In this document: positions 48,073-62,278 of the stretch, one piece after another
Layout: every line of letters begins with the position of its first letter
Position numbering within the stretch: the stretch's first letter is position 1
NCBI GenBank assembly: GCA_009103225.1
Contig: RHPI01003511.1
Location: 1-64,000 of the forward strand
Reading direction: 5' to 3'
From: Chlorokybus atmophyticus
Taxonomy: Eukaryota; Plantae; Mesostigma and Chlorokybus algae
Length of the DNA: 64,000 nt
Position numbers and translations under genes: made by a program
The notes under the pieces: model-generated
Seen by the model: the letters and a program-made list of their open reading frames with translations, nothing else
Told to the model about the DNA's origin: nothing
Databases searched by the model: none

Positions 48073-48699
48073 ATGGTTTGAGAGCGTGAGCTTGAACAGT
48101 AGCCAAATAATGCAACAAATCTAGCAAGCAGCTACATGGTCATGCCATTGGTTGATGGATCACCGCAAGGGAGCAATCGCTGCTTGGCATCCTGCAAGAA
48201 CCATCACTGTAGGACACCCCTATTTATCAAACGTGAATTGGGAAACAAACCACGATTCATACAAGCAGAGTACAGTAAATATCCGGCAACATCGCCGCCG
48301 CCATCAACCACAACTTCGCCATCACCACACACGCTGCTCTGCCGACACAATGTGTTGTGCTGTGCTCAGGTTGAGGCGGGGCGTTGGCGGAGGCGGCGGC
48401 GCTCGCTGTGTTTGACCGTGTGCGTGGTCGCGGGCATTGTTGGGTTGGGTGCAAGCTGGTTGGCTGCCTGCACGGCGGCAGCCAAAGCGGCCTGGAATTG
48501 CTGGTGCGATGTCGGAGCAGCAGTAGCTTTGCTCTTTGTAACTTGCTTCCAGTTGACGCCGCAACCCTGCCGAGGGGGCTGGACAGGTTGCTGCTGCCGC
48601 TTCACGGTACGTCCTTGTCCTTAACCCACCACCAGCTCTAGTCTTACGACCAAAGTTGTCTGTGCTGTGCTGTCTGCGGTTGTTGTATTGTCTGCGTGT

Positions 48700-49900
48700 G
48701 CTTTGTTGTATTTTGCTGCCGTCCAAGCCCCCTGCTGTTTCAAGGTTAGGGTTTGGCCGCTAGTGATGGCCTCAGGATGGACGTGCGGCGGTCGCCCGTT
48801 AGGCATACGACCGCACTCCACGACGCAACAACAAAGGCATCTACAACCTGCGCGGTCACACGCGTCCGGCACTTCAGAGCGGTCGGACAATTCTTCGCGG
48901 AGTGCAACGAATCCAAGCAGCGTCCTCCCTTGGCATTAGCACTCGACATTATCCTCAACCCTCCGGCAATTGTGGCAGGGATTCCGGCTTGTTATGGTGT
49001 AAGCATGCAATACAATGTCTCCAGCCTCGATGCATTGCAGGCGCTCATATGATGCATGTGGTAATCAGGTTTTCCATGTGCGTCAAGAATTACGAAAGTT
49101 GCGTACTGACATCAATAAAGACTTCAAGAGGTTGAAAGAAGGTGTCACCACAGATATAAAGAAGGTGCAAGACGGTGTGACGAGTTTAGATAGGACTTTC
49201 ACATCCCAATGTGCAGCATTGAAAGCAGTTATCAGGAACCAACCAAAGCATCACATGCACTGGAAGTAAATCAAGACCAGGTTGCTTTGCTTCCATGTCG
49301 CTTGCGGCATTCACGAGCTCCCAACCATGTTATCCATTGGTAGGCATTGAGGTAAGTGAAGGATTGAAGCTTTGCTTAACTTTGGCAGGGTCATGTTGTG
49401 TGCACCTATGTGTAAGCAAGCCATGCCCTCGACGTGCTCATGTGTCCTCAGTGCAAGCTACAAATGTTGGAGAACAGACCTTGCAAGCACCTCTCTTTTG
49501 TGGCTTAGAGCAAAACACCATGTTGCTGGTGTGTGCGTAGGAGACTACTATTAAGGCTTGGCCGTGCCGGGCGCAGTGTAAGTTATCAATGCTTGAGCAC
49601 AAACCTTGCTTCTCTCATGTGGCTTGACACAAAACACCCGGAAAACATGTTGCTGGTGTTTGGGTTTACTTATAAGATTGCTAGGCAAGGCCATGCCAGG
49701 TTGAGCATGTGTGGCCTCATGCCCTCCAACCAATCTGAGGGAGTATGAAGGGAATGCTGAAAATGCACAACAGGTGGGGGCGCGCGGTAGTGCAATAAAG
49801 TGGTGTGGGTAATGCAGTTGCGCTTGGTGCGGGAAGGTGTACAAGATAGGGTTGAATGTGTGGGAGCAAGTGTTCATATGAGTCCATATGTGCGCGATGT
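48700..49900 (+). pseudogene. Degenerate small gene (hydrophobic segment plus coiled-coil exon), first copy of a diverged duplication
   Basis: Telo-box at 48746-48754, ATG 48765, frameshifted RPPLALALDIILNPPAIVAGIPACY|gtaagc, then QELRKLRTDINKDFKRLKEGVTTDIKKVQDGVTSLD. Similar to 52690-53680. Confidence 0.4.
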
Positions 49901-49958
49901 GATGCAAGGTAGCAAGCAGTGACACGTTAGTGCACTCGTTTACATTTGTATATAATAG

Positions 49959-50511
<553 letters not shown>

Positions 50512-50524
50512 ATGTGGATAAAGT

Positions 50525-50707
50525 ATACAATAACCATCCCGCGGACCTACACACCTTCACATTGTGAGCATGGTTTGCATAGATGCGAGTGCTTCAATGC
50601 AAATTGTCGTTGTTGATACAATAACCATCCCGTGGACCTACACACCTTCACACTGCGAGCATGGTTTGCATAGATGCGAGTGCTTCAATGCAAATCGTCG
50701 TTGTTGA
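50525..50707 (+). repeat. Two-copy tandem duplication with a 91-bp period
   Basis: atacaataaccatccc...tgtcgttgttga repeated at 50525 and 50616. Confidence 0.85.
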
Positions 50708-52127
50708 TAAGAGACGCTGGGAGTGCGAGTGTGCTGTTTTGCAGTATCTCTTGTGATGCTTCTATTTGCCAATTGCTTCTTGTGCATGATGACGTACAAC
50801 CATTGTTGCGATCCATACAAACTTCTTACATTGGAAGCTTAAGGTCGTGGGTTCATTTCCGTTGGGGGATGGAAACACAGCCGTTTTCTTAGCAGAATTA
50901 AAGGGATAATGAACGAGACATTTGGGCGACTTGCCGTGGGCTGGGCGTGGGTTCGCAACCCGCGCCTGCTGATGTGCGCTACAGCCGCGTGAGCGACCGC
51001 GCTGCAATGGCAGGTCGTGTCGTATGACACGTTAAGGGTGGCCGGTGCTAGCTCAGGCAATGGTTGTTCCGATTGTGACAGGTTGCACGCCAAAAGTTTG
51101 CGGGCAGATCGATTGTAACACGATGCACGATGACGCAAGCTAATGTGAGAGCCTGAGGGAAAGGGAACTTGGCGGGTTAAATTGGGAAGGAATGTAACGA
51201 ATTTGTGTAATCGTAATAGTCGTCACTCTTGATGGCGCCATTCGCTATCATAGCCCCCTTTCTTGCAAACACTACATGAAAGATATGAAGAAATGTACAG
51301 CAGCTTTAAGGCATCATGCAAAAACGGGTGGCAAGATCGAACAAGGCAGTAAAGTTGAAACCACAATTGAAAGCACATCTTGCTTCTGGTTTTTGCAAGT
51401 TTGCAAAACACTTATATGGGTCAAAGCATTCAATATTATTGCATCATAAAAGTAAGTTGATAAATGTCACATCGCATGTGCGGTTAACCAGATGCCATGT
51501 TTTTAATCGTTGGCTCGGTGCGTGAAAGATCCCAAACTATGCTTATTGGTATTGTGATCTTTTAACATGGTAAGCTTTCCACCCTTAAATGCTAGCAACC
51601 AATACCTCACTAGGCCACAGTCAGCACTGCTGACATGTCCGTCATATAAAAAGGCACACAGAAGCGCGTACAAATGCATGCACGTACATGTACACATGCA
51701 CCAGCACATGTACGCGCACGCATATACACAAACGGACGACAAACGAGTTCTTAAATAAGTAATGCTTGCTCATAAGTTGCCAATGACGCAAGCTTACAGT
51801 GGCACCATTGATAGCTAATTCACCACCGCGCTTTACTATTGTCTCTTTTGGTATATGTACAATAATAAGAGGCAGCTGCAAGCGGTTGTGACGCAAACGC
51901 TGCGAACCAAGACTTGCTCAGCTTTTACATTGATTGCATTATAAAAGCCATATCATACATAAGTTGACACCACAACAATTGAGAGCCGTTGTTGAGGGTG
52001 CGCATGGCGTTCACAAAGAGTGGATCCCTTACGCATCCCAATACTGAGTCACAATTTGTGCTAACGTAGATGATTGCTGGCCAAATATATGCGTTGCCGT
52101 GTCATATGTGTACAAGGGGGGGGGGGG

Positions 52128-52451
52128 NNNNNNNNNNNNNNNNNNNNNNNNNNNNNNNNNNNNNNNNNNNNNNNNNNNNNNNNNNNNNNNNNNNNNNNNN
52201 NNNNNNNNNNNNNNNNNNNNNNNNNNNNNNNNNNNNNNNNNNNNNNNNNNNNNNNNNNNNNNNNNNNNNNNNNNNNNNNNNNNNNNNNNNNNNNNNNNNN
52301 NNNNNNNNNNNNNNNNNNNNNNNNNNNNNNNNNNNNNNNNNNNNNNNNNNNNNNNNNNNNNNNNNNNNNNNNNNNNNNNNNNNNNNNNNNNNNNNNNNNN
52401 NNNNNNNNNNNNNNNNNNNNNNNNNNNNNNNNNNNNNNNNNNNNNNNNNNN
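52128..52451. other. Assembly gap flanked by poly-G and (GA)n
   Basis: Run of N. Confidence 0.99.
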
Positions 52452-52512
<61 letters not shown>

Positions 52513-52689
52513 GTAATGTGGCTATGCAAATGCAACTGTGTTTATAAATTAATATGGTAAAGCAAAAGCAATTTATTTCTGTATTTGTTCATATAGCTCT
52601 TGGGTGTTTATGTAGGTGGTTGTGTGCATGTATATCTTCTAAACAAAGATGCATATTCATCTTGTGCGTAACACATGCAGTGTTAATGA

Positions 52690-53680
52690 TAGCGCATATC
52701 GATTTAAACGTGAAGAACACTTGCCCTCCGCTGTGTTAAGGTTAGGTATTGCAGCCGGTGATGGCCTTGAGATGGGCGTGCGGCGGTCGCCCCTTGGGGT
52801 TCGGACCGCCTTTTACGACACCACCACAAAGGCGTCCACATCGCCGAAGGCCAGACGTGTCCGGCAAAGCCGAGGCGGATACATCAACGCAGCCAAAGGC
52901 CGGACCAAGGGACGGGCGTCCTCTCATGGCAGTAGCATTTGCATTTATGTAAACTTTACGGCAGTGTTCGCGACAATCTTAGCTTGCTATGATGTAAGCA
53001 AGCAAGCAGTACATTGTAGGTAGCATTGCATTCTAAAAGCCCAGGCAATGTAGTTGTCAGGCGTTTCAAGTGCATCAAAGAACACAAAGATTGAGCGACG
53101 GCATCAATGACGCATTTTAAACGTTCAGCAAGGATGGGATCGCAGATATACAAAGCATGCACAAGGATGTTAGATAATTTGAGCAACTACTTGCAGAGAT
53201 ATGTGTAGCAACGAGAGCACTTATTCAGGACTAACCAAAGCGTAGATAGGCTGCATCGGTTGCAAATTAGACACGACATTAAGGAGATACCATGTGTTCC
53301 ATGGTTAAACAGGTAAGGTAAGTGAAGGAATGAAGCTTGGCTGCATTATGGTCACAAATCCTACAAGCACATCTCTTGTGTGTTTTAGCATGCAAACCAC
53401 TAAAAATAGGTCGCTGATGTTTTGCATAGGTGGTGGCTTAGCAGGCAGGGCCGTGTCAGTCTGATTGCGCGTGGCCGTAGGACCTCGAACCTTGAAAGTG
53501 GACACAGATCCAATGACGGTATGAAGCGGACAATGGAGCGCAAGCACGCAATGCACAATAGGCCAGGGCGTGCGGCGACAACATCAATAGAGGTGTGGGT
53601 AATGTAGTCGTATGTGGTACGGGAGGGTGTGCGAGCGTGTAGTGGCAATTGTTTCATGTTAGTTCAATGTGGTGGGTAAT
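52690..53680 (+). pseudogene. Second, more decayed copy of the small gene at 48700-49900
   Basis: Shared blocks gtgatggcc...gtgcggcggtcgccc, gcttg(t/c)tatg.tgtaagca, aggtaagtgaagga.tgaagctt and ggtgtgggtaatg. Contains stops and frameshifts. Confidence 0.4.
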
Positions 53681-55910
53681 AGCAATGGATAGACACAGCA
53701 GCGCATGTGTGTGCATTTGTAGATAGCAGGCATATAATCTCTCTATCCTCGCAAGGGTCGAGCGCTCATTAGCAACAGCCATCCCATGGACCCACACCAT
53801 AGTTGCACCATACGGCTTCAAACCCCATTGCATACGCGTATATACGTGCATTACATAACCCATAATACATACTTATTACATGCGCGTTTTTTAAGGCCTG
53901 TTGCTGTTGCAGGACAATGCCCTTGCCCCGAGTTCCATGCTGTTCTGCACCGCGCGTCACTAGACTGTGAATTAAAGGTGGCGCACGGTGCGCACTAGCC
54001 CTAAACTCGGGGCAGGGGCATTATTATGGCGGTGGGGTAATACGAAAAGGGTGGATTACCAATGGTTGTATAACATTGTGTGCACGTATTACTGCCGTAT
54101 ACAAGGACGGCCTGTAATGCATACACGTATATACTCGTATACGTGCACTGCGCTTACGATGCATGCCCGTATGGCATATGGTGCAATTATGACCCACACA
54201 TCACCATCGCAGTGCATAAATGCAAACTACAGGTGTTGTAGGTGGTGTTAAGAGTGTCAGCAATAGACCCTTGCCCAATGCTGACTTCTGCCGTATGGTT
54301 GTGGAGACCCTCAAGAGAGGATGCAATAACGAAGCAACATGATAATCAATAGCAAAAGAAGCCAATATACTAAGTTTCTGCCTCAATGCGGATGGGCAAC
54401 TACAGGCATGTGCTACTTAACCATGTTTTGGAGGCTAGGATTTGGGAACATGGCAGATTTTAAAAAGTTAAAAAAGCCAGGACCCATAAACACAAGCAAT
54501 CTCGTTGGGTTCGATACTATCTCTATAATATGCATGCATTGCTGCAAAAGCTTTGGTGACATGGCGCTTGTTCAACATGTACGGAGTACAAGCTTGCATG
54601 GTGTGTTTTGCGTACAATCTCAGTCACTTGTACTCTGGTTGCAAATCGTTGCTGTAACAAGAAGCAAGTGAGCTAGCACCATTAAATTGGTAAGCGTAGT
54701 GTAGTTTCACATCAAGCATACATCCACTTAGTGTTAGGAATGGTCCCACTCCTTTGTTAGTTGAAGCTGAGGAGTAGTGCTGCATGATCGTCACGGCTGC
54801 ATGCAAATATATCAGCCAAGCGACCGATGTGTAGCGTAGTGCACGGTAATAGCATGATGTGCATGGGTTAAAGAAAGCCAAATGGAGCAAGGAAGACCAA
54901 AGCGCACCAAGGAGTGAGAGCTTGTGATGGTCGGCATTGGTCAGAGTGGGCCCCTTCAAGGCGTTCACAAGGTGGCAAGATGGTGAGTCACCACCTTATC
55001 ACCTGATGAACATAGACATGGAGGTGATTGTGGTTTGCAGGCAGCGAGAGGATCTCTTGTCTTTTAATCATATAAAATTGAACGAAGAAACGTTATAAAG
55101 AAAAGAGTGTAAACTACCTATACATTGAGCTTGCAGAAGTGCTTGCGTAAATTAAACGCTGCATATTGCGATGACATTGCATCCTGCAAACTCCATCCAT
55201 TGCTGCGTGTTTACCTTTAAATCTTGTAACTATGAATTGTTTTAACAACTTTCATACAGGTTCGATTGCTATTTGCGCTATTATGCTACACTTGAAGGCA
55301 GTAGTTACAATAGTTATAACGGCTAGTGTAGGTAGACCCCGGTGGTGAGTACTCATTGCATGATCATGAGCTTGGTGAACAAGGCATGTGTCATGCATGT
55401 TGCATGTATCATGATCACTTGCATTTTTGATACACATCCACAACACGCGCACACCACTGTGACACACCTCGCCATGCCCGCAACACTTCTTGCCGCGTCA
55501 GTTGGGGCTCAATCCCCAACCTTCCACTTGAAACGCAGCAGTCACTGCCGCACTAGTAGGGGCAACAACGAATTCTGACAACGCACAATAGGAGAAGGTG
55601 CGGTTGTGCGGCACCAGCACCATGGATGTGGCGTGGGCAGCAAGTGGTGTCTGAGGGTGTGGGCAACAGTGTAACATGATCGGTGTAAGTATAAAGAATG
55701 CAATGCCATGATGGAGACAGTTTGTGCAACGTGGTTTGGGTACGTAGCGCGCGACTAGCAGTCATCTAATTCATCCAGGCTTAAGTGAACACCACCAACA
55801 ACTAGCGCATGGACTAAGACACCATTGCATCAAATAGTGCAACCACAGCTGCTTGACAGCCGGGTAGAAATTGCCCACACAAAGGTACCATTCAACTGTA
55901 CAGTGCCTGC

Positions 55911-58900
55911 TTACAAAACTGTATTCACATGCAACGCCTTGAGCAACGCCAACGCCATCTGCTTGACCATGACCATCTCACCCTCACGCTGCACAAGGCT
56001 GCGCAGGTTGGCGGCCAGATTCTGCTCAACCATCAGCTGCTTGGGTCGGGGGTGCTGCTCATAAACAACCTTGCATATCTTGAGCAATGACACACGCGCA
56101 ATGTTGTCACCGTCGCGAGCTGATTGCCTCAACTTCTCCACCAGCAACGGAGCCAGTCCACCAGTTGTGGACAGCGCCACATTGATGCGCGTTGATTTGG
56201 TCACAATCTTCAAGAACGGGTCCAATATATGCACAAAGGCAGTGCCTTCTGCGGACCCAAACACAGCAACAAGCCGCGCAACAGCATCCGGTTGCGCAAG
56301 GCGGGGTTCAACACGTCGCTGGTCGGCTGCCAGCCACACAGCCATGGCGTCCATTGCCACAACCTGCCAGTGTTCTTCCTGCAGCAGGTCCAGGAACAGG
56401 TCCAGTCCTCCATGCACCCAGAGTTCCGAACGTGTTGCGGGAGAGGCGTGTGCCATGTCGCACAAGAGGGGGAGAGCCAACCGTCGCATAGCTGCTTGAC
56501 TGCCACCCACACCCACGCCAGCAACGATGGGCCGCAGGTGGCGGACGAGGCCTGCGGCTGCAGCAGCTTCTTGCCGCTCCCGGCTAATCTTGCAAAGGTT
56601 GTAGACGGCGCGCAAAGCAGCCCCGCGAACTGTTGCCGTGGCCACCCCGGCGTGCATCTCCAGCAACGGAACAAGCCGGTGCATGGCCCCAGCTTCCTGA
56701 ACAGCTTCAACAGCGGCCGGGTCTGTTGTAAGCTGCGCAATGCACCCAACCACACGCACGAGCACCGGTAACTCCAACGCCGGCAACAGTGAAAACAGTC
56801 GCCCTAGCAGTGCCGGCTCGCATACTGCTCGCTTGACCGCAGAGTCCCCACCCGCAAATGCAGTCAGAAGCATAGCACACCGCCTTGCAACATCTGCCGC
56901 CGCGGCAGCGCTGGCTGCAGCAGCAGATGTGGCGCTGCCACTGCTGCGCGCGCGGTAGTGGCTGCCATACTGTCCTGCACCACCAGGGCTGCTGACCCCA
57001 TTCCTACTCGACCCCGGACTTGCAGTGTAGTAGGATGATGCTGGTGCAACAGGTGGATGGAGCCGCTCGTCATTGGCAGCTTCAAGGATGCCAATGAGGC
57101 TGCTGAGGGCACCCGCGCGAGCAAGAAGGCGTAAATGGTCATTGACTGGTGTTGGGCCTGTGAGCCGCAGCACCCTCTCCAGCACGCCAACCGCCAGTGC
57201 AACAGCTTCACGGTGCTCCCGATAATCAACATTTAGCAGAACTGCCAGTGCTCGCAGGCCCCCACAAGCTATGACTACCTGCAAAGCACCGGCAGATGCA
57301 CAGGTACACCTCGCCAGGAAGCGGGCAGCTTGCAGCCGGCATGCACTGCCGCTGCTAGTGTCCGATGTTCGTGCAAGCACTGCTGGCACCAAGCCACTCA
57401 TGCACGCACGCTCCGGCAGTGGCGCCCCTTCCTCACCCAGCGCTGCATTGATTAACTGCAGTGCCGCAGTTGCCATTGCTTGCGATGATGCTGGGTCCAG
57501 CAGTTCTGCAAGCACAACGGGCACCTGCGACTCCAGCAGTCGTGCCCTCAACCGAGGGTCCCTCTGCACCATGGCGCTGAGGGCTGCAAGCACAGCAGTA
57601 CACTAGAGTTGGGTTCTGTTTTCGCTCAGCAGCATAAAAAGAAAGAGTTTGTATGCGCGCTACATACCAGAACATGCGGCTTGGACCGCTGCCTCTTTGG
57701 TTAATTTGCCATTGCGCACGCTGAGCTTGCCCATCAACCTGCCTACATCCTGCAATGATTCTGCGAGGGTGTCCTCTCCATCCCCTTCATCCCGTGCTCT
57801 CGCCCATTCCTGCTCCACACCATTGTTGACATCAACACTCGAACAACAACATGTAAAAGAGAGCGACTGAAGCGCATGCAAGACACACCTGTTCACCATC
57901 CGTGAACTCTCCAACAACTTCCGTGCCCGGGAGCGATTGTGTGGTGGTTGTGGTGGAACTCTTCGCCAGCTCGCGCTCATCTGCAGCCGACAACTCCGTG
58001 CCTGGGCTGGAACGTTCCACACCCTTGCTAGCGCCATCTGGTGCACACGCGAGGTCGGCAATCAGCGTCTCCAATGTGCGGTTGGTAGCAGCTGCCTCAG
58101 CGAATGTGTCATCGCTGCGGCTGTGTGCACCCGCCACACTGGAGCCTGCATCGCTGCGGTCGTCGACTGTCGTTTCGCCATAATCATGCCGCGTTAGATG
58201 CATGGACACCTGAGTGTGCGGCGCATAGGCAATCAGCACAAACAGTGACATGTTGAGTTGAAAGCCCAACTGGTGCAACACCGGCAACCAGTGTAGTGAG
58301 ATGAACTGCAACTCCTTTCATCAAAAGCAACCAAGAAGCCTTACTTGGCCAGATCGTGTACGCGGCATGAGTGGTGATGGTGAAGGTGGCTGGCTTCTAG
58401 CTGAAAGTCGTCCCATCCTGCCCTCACTGCCACCTCGTTCATGATATATGTAAGGTGACAACGGGCCCACGCCATCATCCAACTGCACCACAAGTAGCAA
58501 AAGATACAGATTGAGGCAACAACAGTCTGGTTGGCTCGAGATTGTATACCATGCAGTACTCACAGGTGACGGTGGGCGTAGCGGGCGTGTTCCGGATGAG
58601 CGATTAAGAGTGCGTGAGTGAGTGGGTGGTTGTGCTCGTGCTCCTCGTTTGACCTCAACTATTCGAAACTCCCCGAGGGCGACGGGTGAGGGAGAGAGTG
58701 CACCTGGGCTGGGAAGAGGGCTGCCGCCTGTGTGATAAGGGGACGGCGAGGCAGAACGCGGTGGCAGTGTGGCAGACGTGGGCACCTCCTCCATAGCACG
58801 GTCCACAACATTGGCAACATCGGCGCTGAGAACCGCAGCAGCATGGCCTCGAGCAAGTGCACGAAGGTGGCCTTGCACCCACGGATGCGCGAGCAACTCG

Positions 58901-59691
58901 GAAGCGGCAGGTCGGGCACGTGCGTCTTTGCGTAGACACTTCTCCAGGAAATCACGTAGTGAAGGTGAAACTGACTTGGGTGGTGCCGATGGAGCGAGTG
59001 CAGGCGGTGCGCCTCGCGTGCTTTTTCCTGTCAACAGCTCCAGCACCGCCAATCCAAGAGCGCGCACGTCCTCGCGTGCTGAAGCAGGAGCAGCAGTTGT
59101 GTCATTGGCAGCATGAAGAACACCAGCCAGGCCCCAGTCCGCAAGCTTCACAAGGCCGTCCTTAGTGGTGAGCAGGTTGGTAGCGCGCAGGGCGCCGTGT
59201 GCAACACCCTGAGCATGCAAGTACGCCAAACCCTCAAGTGCCTGAGAGACGTAGGCGGCGGTAAGGGACTCTGGAAGAGGTCCAAAGCGGCCTCCTGTGG
59301 CAGTGATGGCAGCGAGGGAGCCGTTGTCACAAAGTTCAGCAGCGACATAAATGTGCGAGCGTGTCCGGGCAAAGCCGAGGTAGCGAGCAACGTTGCGGTG
59401 GTTGAGAGCACGCAGGGCCTCGACCTCCAGCTGGACAGCTATGGCCGCCGCCTCCCCGCCGCCGCTGGGCAGAGCGGGGAGATCAATCTGGCGAAGGGCC
59501 GCATGTTCCCTAGCCACGACATCCCAGCACTTGAACACCCGACCTACGACACCCCCACCGCTCCCGGACGGCGACGCTGACGACGATCCGCCTGCGCCAC
59601 CTCCGCCGCCGCCGCCGCCTGCTGCAGCCCCAGCATAGGCCGGTAATGGCTCAGCAGCCTGCCAGCGCTCCCCCACGGCGGACCCGACCAT
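55911..59691 (-). CDS. MAP3K-epsilon (Cdc7/Cdc15-like) protein with degenerate kinase domain and C-terminal armadillo repeats: probable pseudokinase
   Basis: Kinase-like LPESLTAAYVSQALEGLAYLHAQGVAHGALRATNLLTTKDGLVKLADWG...DFLEKCLRKDARARPAASELLAHPWV. C-terminus YEQHPRPKQLMVEQNL...VMVKQMALALLKALHVNTVL matches plant MAP3K-epsilon. Long exons are open; the middle exons were not fully resolved. Confidence 0.9.
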
Positions 59692-59830
59692 GCTGGCCTC
59701 CTCCTCCCGCCCAACCCGTCACCTCAACTCCCCTCCCCCGTCCTCCCCCTCCTCCGGCACCGCCATCGCCGACGGCAAGGATGCCAAGGATGCCGCCAAC
59801 GCCAAGGACCACATTCTTGTGCAGAGTTGC

Positions 59831-59839
59831 AAACCCTAA
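59831..59839 (+). promoter_or_regulatory. Telo-box (AAACCCTAA) in the pseudokinase/phosphatase divergent promoter
   Basis: Exact motif within the 196 bp separating the two ATGs. Confidence 0.65.
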
Positions 59840-59887
59840 TTGCGCTCAGCTGCTGCCACGTGGCAGTTGTTAGCGGCGGCGGTCATC

Positions 59888-61336
59888 ATGGGCGGCTTAG
59901 CGGGGGCGGGGGCGGCCGTGTCGCTGTTGGGGTCGGTTGGGGCGCCACAGATGGTGAGGAAGCTGCGGCAGCAGCGTGCTCCAGCTGCCGCATCCAGGCT
60001 GACGCCGGCGGCGGGGTCAGCGTCGGCGTCGTCCTCCGCAGAGCCTGCCTCCGGGCCCGGGGTGTTGTTCGTGTGCTGGGGTAACATCTGCCGGTCGCCT
60101 GCGGCGGAGGCGGTGTTCCTGGCGAAGGCGCGGGATGCTGGCTTGAAGGTGGGCGAGGGCAATGGGGCCCTGCGTGTGGACTCTTGCGGCACTGGCGGAG
60201 GCGACCGCGACTGGTACATGCCCAATGGCTACTCTTACCACGTTGGCGATCCCGCCGATGCTCGCATGATCAAGGTGCATGACCGCTGCTTGATGCACGC
60301 GTCCACCTCTCTGGTGTGCATGCATGATCAGTGCGAGACTGTTGAGTGTGTTGTTGCAGTTTGTTTTTATTCATGGTATGCTGAATCTCTGTGAAGACCG
60401 CATTGCAGCTTTTTGCTATGCAGCATGACCGTGCTCGCTCGCGCCATCAGCTCCTCATTACAATTAAATGTGTAGGAAGGCACTGCCACTCCAGGGCGTA
60501 GGATGCCACCGTTGGGCAATGTTAGTCAAGCCACAAGATCCTTGGATGAACCATGTTGTCTGCAACCATTTGGTGTATGAGTAGTTGCTCAACACCGATG
60601 TCACTACACGGTGTCACTACACAGTGCAGGTGGTAGGCTCCATGGAAACTGCAGTGAGTTGTTGTTCAAGGCATGCCATCATATTCGCGCGTCCAGGATA
60701 GATGCATTGCGGAGTTTCAACACCTGCAGTTTATGTTACCTCTCTTGTTGTAGATTTGTTTTTGGGCTATTGATCATCGTACATGACACTGACTCCCGTT
60801 AATGCAGGCAGCAGCACAACGTGACGTTGATGTATTGTCTCTCTCTCGACCACTGACGCCGGCAGACCTCTCAACATTTGACTACATCATCGCCATGGAT
60901 GCGAAAAACAAGGGTGAGTAGCCTGCTGTTAGATCTAGTTTTATATGAATCTGCTTCACTCAACACCTTTGCGGCTCACAACTTGCCTGTGGTCTCAGAG
61001 GCGATCTTAGAAGCAGCGCAGTATTGGAAAGGGCAGGGTAATCCTGTGCCTTCAGACTATGCCAGCCGTGTGCGGATGATGGTCGACTACTGCCGAAACC
61101 ACCCCAATGCAACACACGTCCCTGATCCTTACTTTGGTGGTCCTGATGGCTTTGAGAAGGTATGCAATAGGCCGATGTGGAATGGAGGTTGAGGATGTTG
61201 CAATAGTATAGTCTGCACGATGCTTGAAGCAGGTCTCTCAATACTCACCCAATCTCCATCACAGGTGTTGGATCTGCTTGATGACGCGTGCGGAGGGCTT
61301 CTTGATGAGGTGCTTGCTGCTTCACCAAGGTTATAG
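59888..61336 (+). CDS. Low-molecular-weight protein tyrosine phosphatase, possibly organelle-targeted, 4 exons
   Basis: P-loop VLFVCWGNICRSPAAE, DSCGTGGG...YHVGDPADARM, SRPL...FDYIIAMD, general-acid VPDPYFGG, FEKVLDLLDDAC. Ala/Arg-rich N-terminal extension. Confidence 0.95.
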
Positions 61337-61562
61337 CAGTGCTGCAATAGAGCATTCGTGTTGGCTTGCGTACGTCACATTGGCACATTGGCTCGTGTGC
61401 AGTCTTTGCACATTGGATTGTTGCGCGTGCAAGTACACAGTGGCCTATGCTGTGTTGTATTATGGTTCGTCTAGCTAGCTTGGGTTGTACAAACATTGCG
61501 GAATAGATTATGGTGTGAGTGTAGCAGGTATGGCTCGTTCCATCGATATTGTTGAATTGAAG

Positions 61563-61765
61563 TGTATAGGGTATGTGAAGTGCTGTGTGAGACACACGCA
61601 TACATATGCCACATGCACACCAACACTCACATGCACACTACCAGTTCAGTTTATCAAGTTGTACACCATCACTACCGGGCTAACCAATATCACTATGACA
61701 CTACCGCCCGTCCCCGTTAGCCATGCATGCATGTTGACATGGTGTTACCTGCCCACAGGGCCGTT
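61563..61765 (-). repeat. Inverted copy of the 47864-48072 repeat
   Basis: Reverse-complement alignment read directly. Confidence 0.9.
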
Positions 61766-61900
61766 GTGACTGCTATATGGTAATGTGGGACACTACGTGG
61801 CGATGTGCATTGACAACTACTTAAGCCGTGACTTTGCACACACAAGAACAAACCACATGAATGCAATGCTTGTTCCCAATACCATATTTACCCGTCCCCC

Positions 61901-62278
61901 NNNNNNNNNNNNNNNNNNNNNNNNNNNNNNNNNNNNNNNNNNNNNNNNNNNNNNNNNNNNNNNNNNNNNNNNNNNNNNNNNNNNNNNNNNNNNNNNNNNN
62001 NNNNNNNNNNNNNNNNNNNNNNNNNNNNNNNNNNNNNNNNNNNNNNNNNNNNNNNNNNNNNNNNNNNNNNNNNNNNNNNNNNNNNNNNNNNNNNNNNNNN
62101 NNNNNNNNNNNNNNNNNNNNNNNNNNNNNNNNNNNNNNNNNNNNNNNNNNNNNNNNNNNNNNNNNNNNNNNNNNNNNNNNNNNNNNNNNNNNNNNNNNNN
62201 NNNNNNNNNNNNNNNNNNNNNNNNNNNNNNNNNNNNNNNNNNNNNNNNNNNNNNNNNNNNNNNNNNNNNNNNNNNNNN
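61901..62278. other. Assembly gap
   Basis: Run of N. Confidence 0.99.

Noticed and set aside
51170-51210. gggaaggaa-TGTAACG resembling PPT plus LTR start
   Set aside because: No further LTR similarity or recognisable pol remnant upstream.
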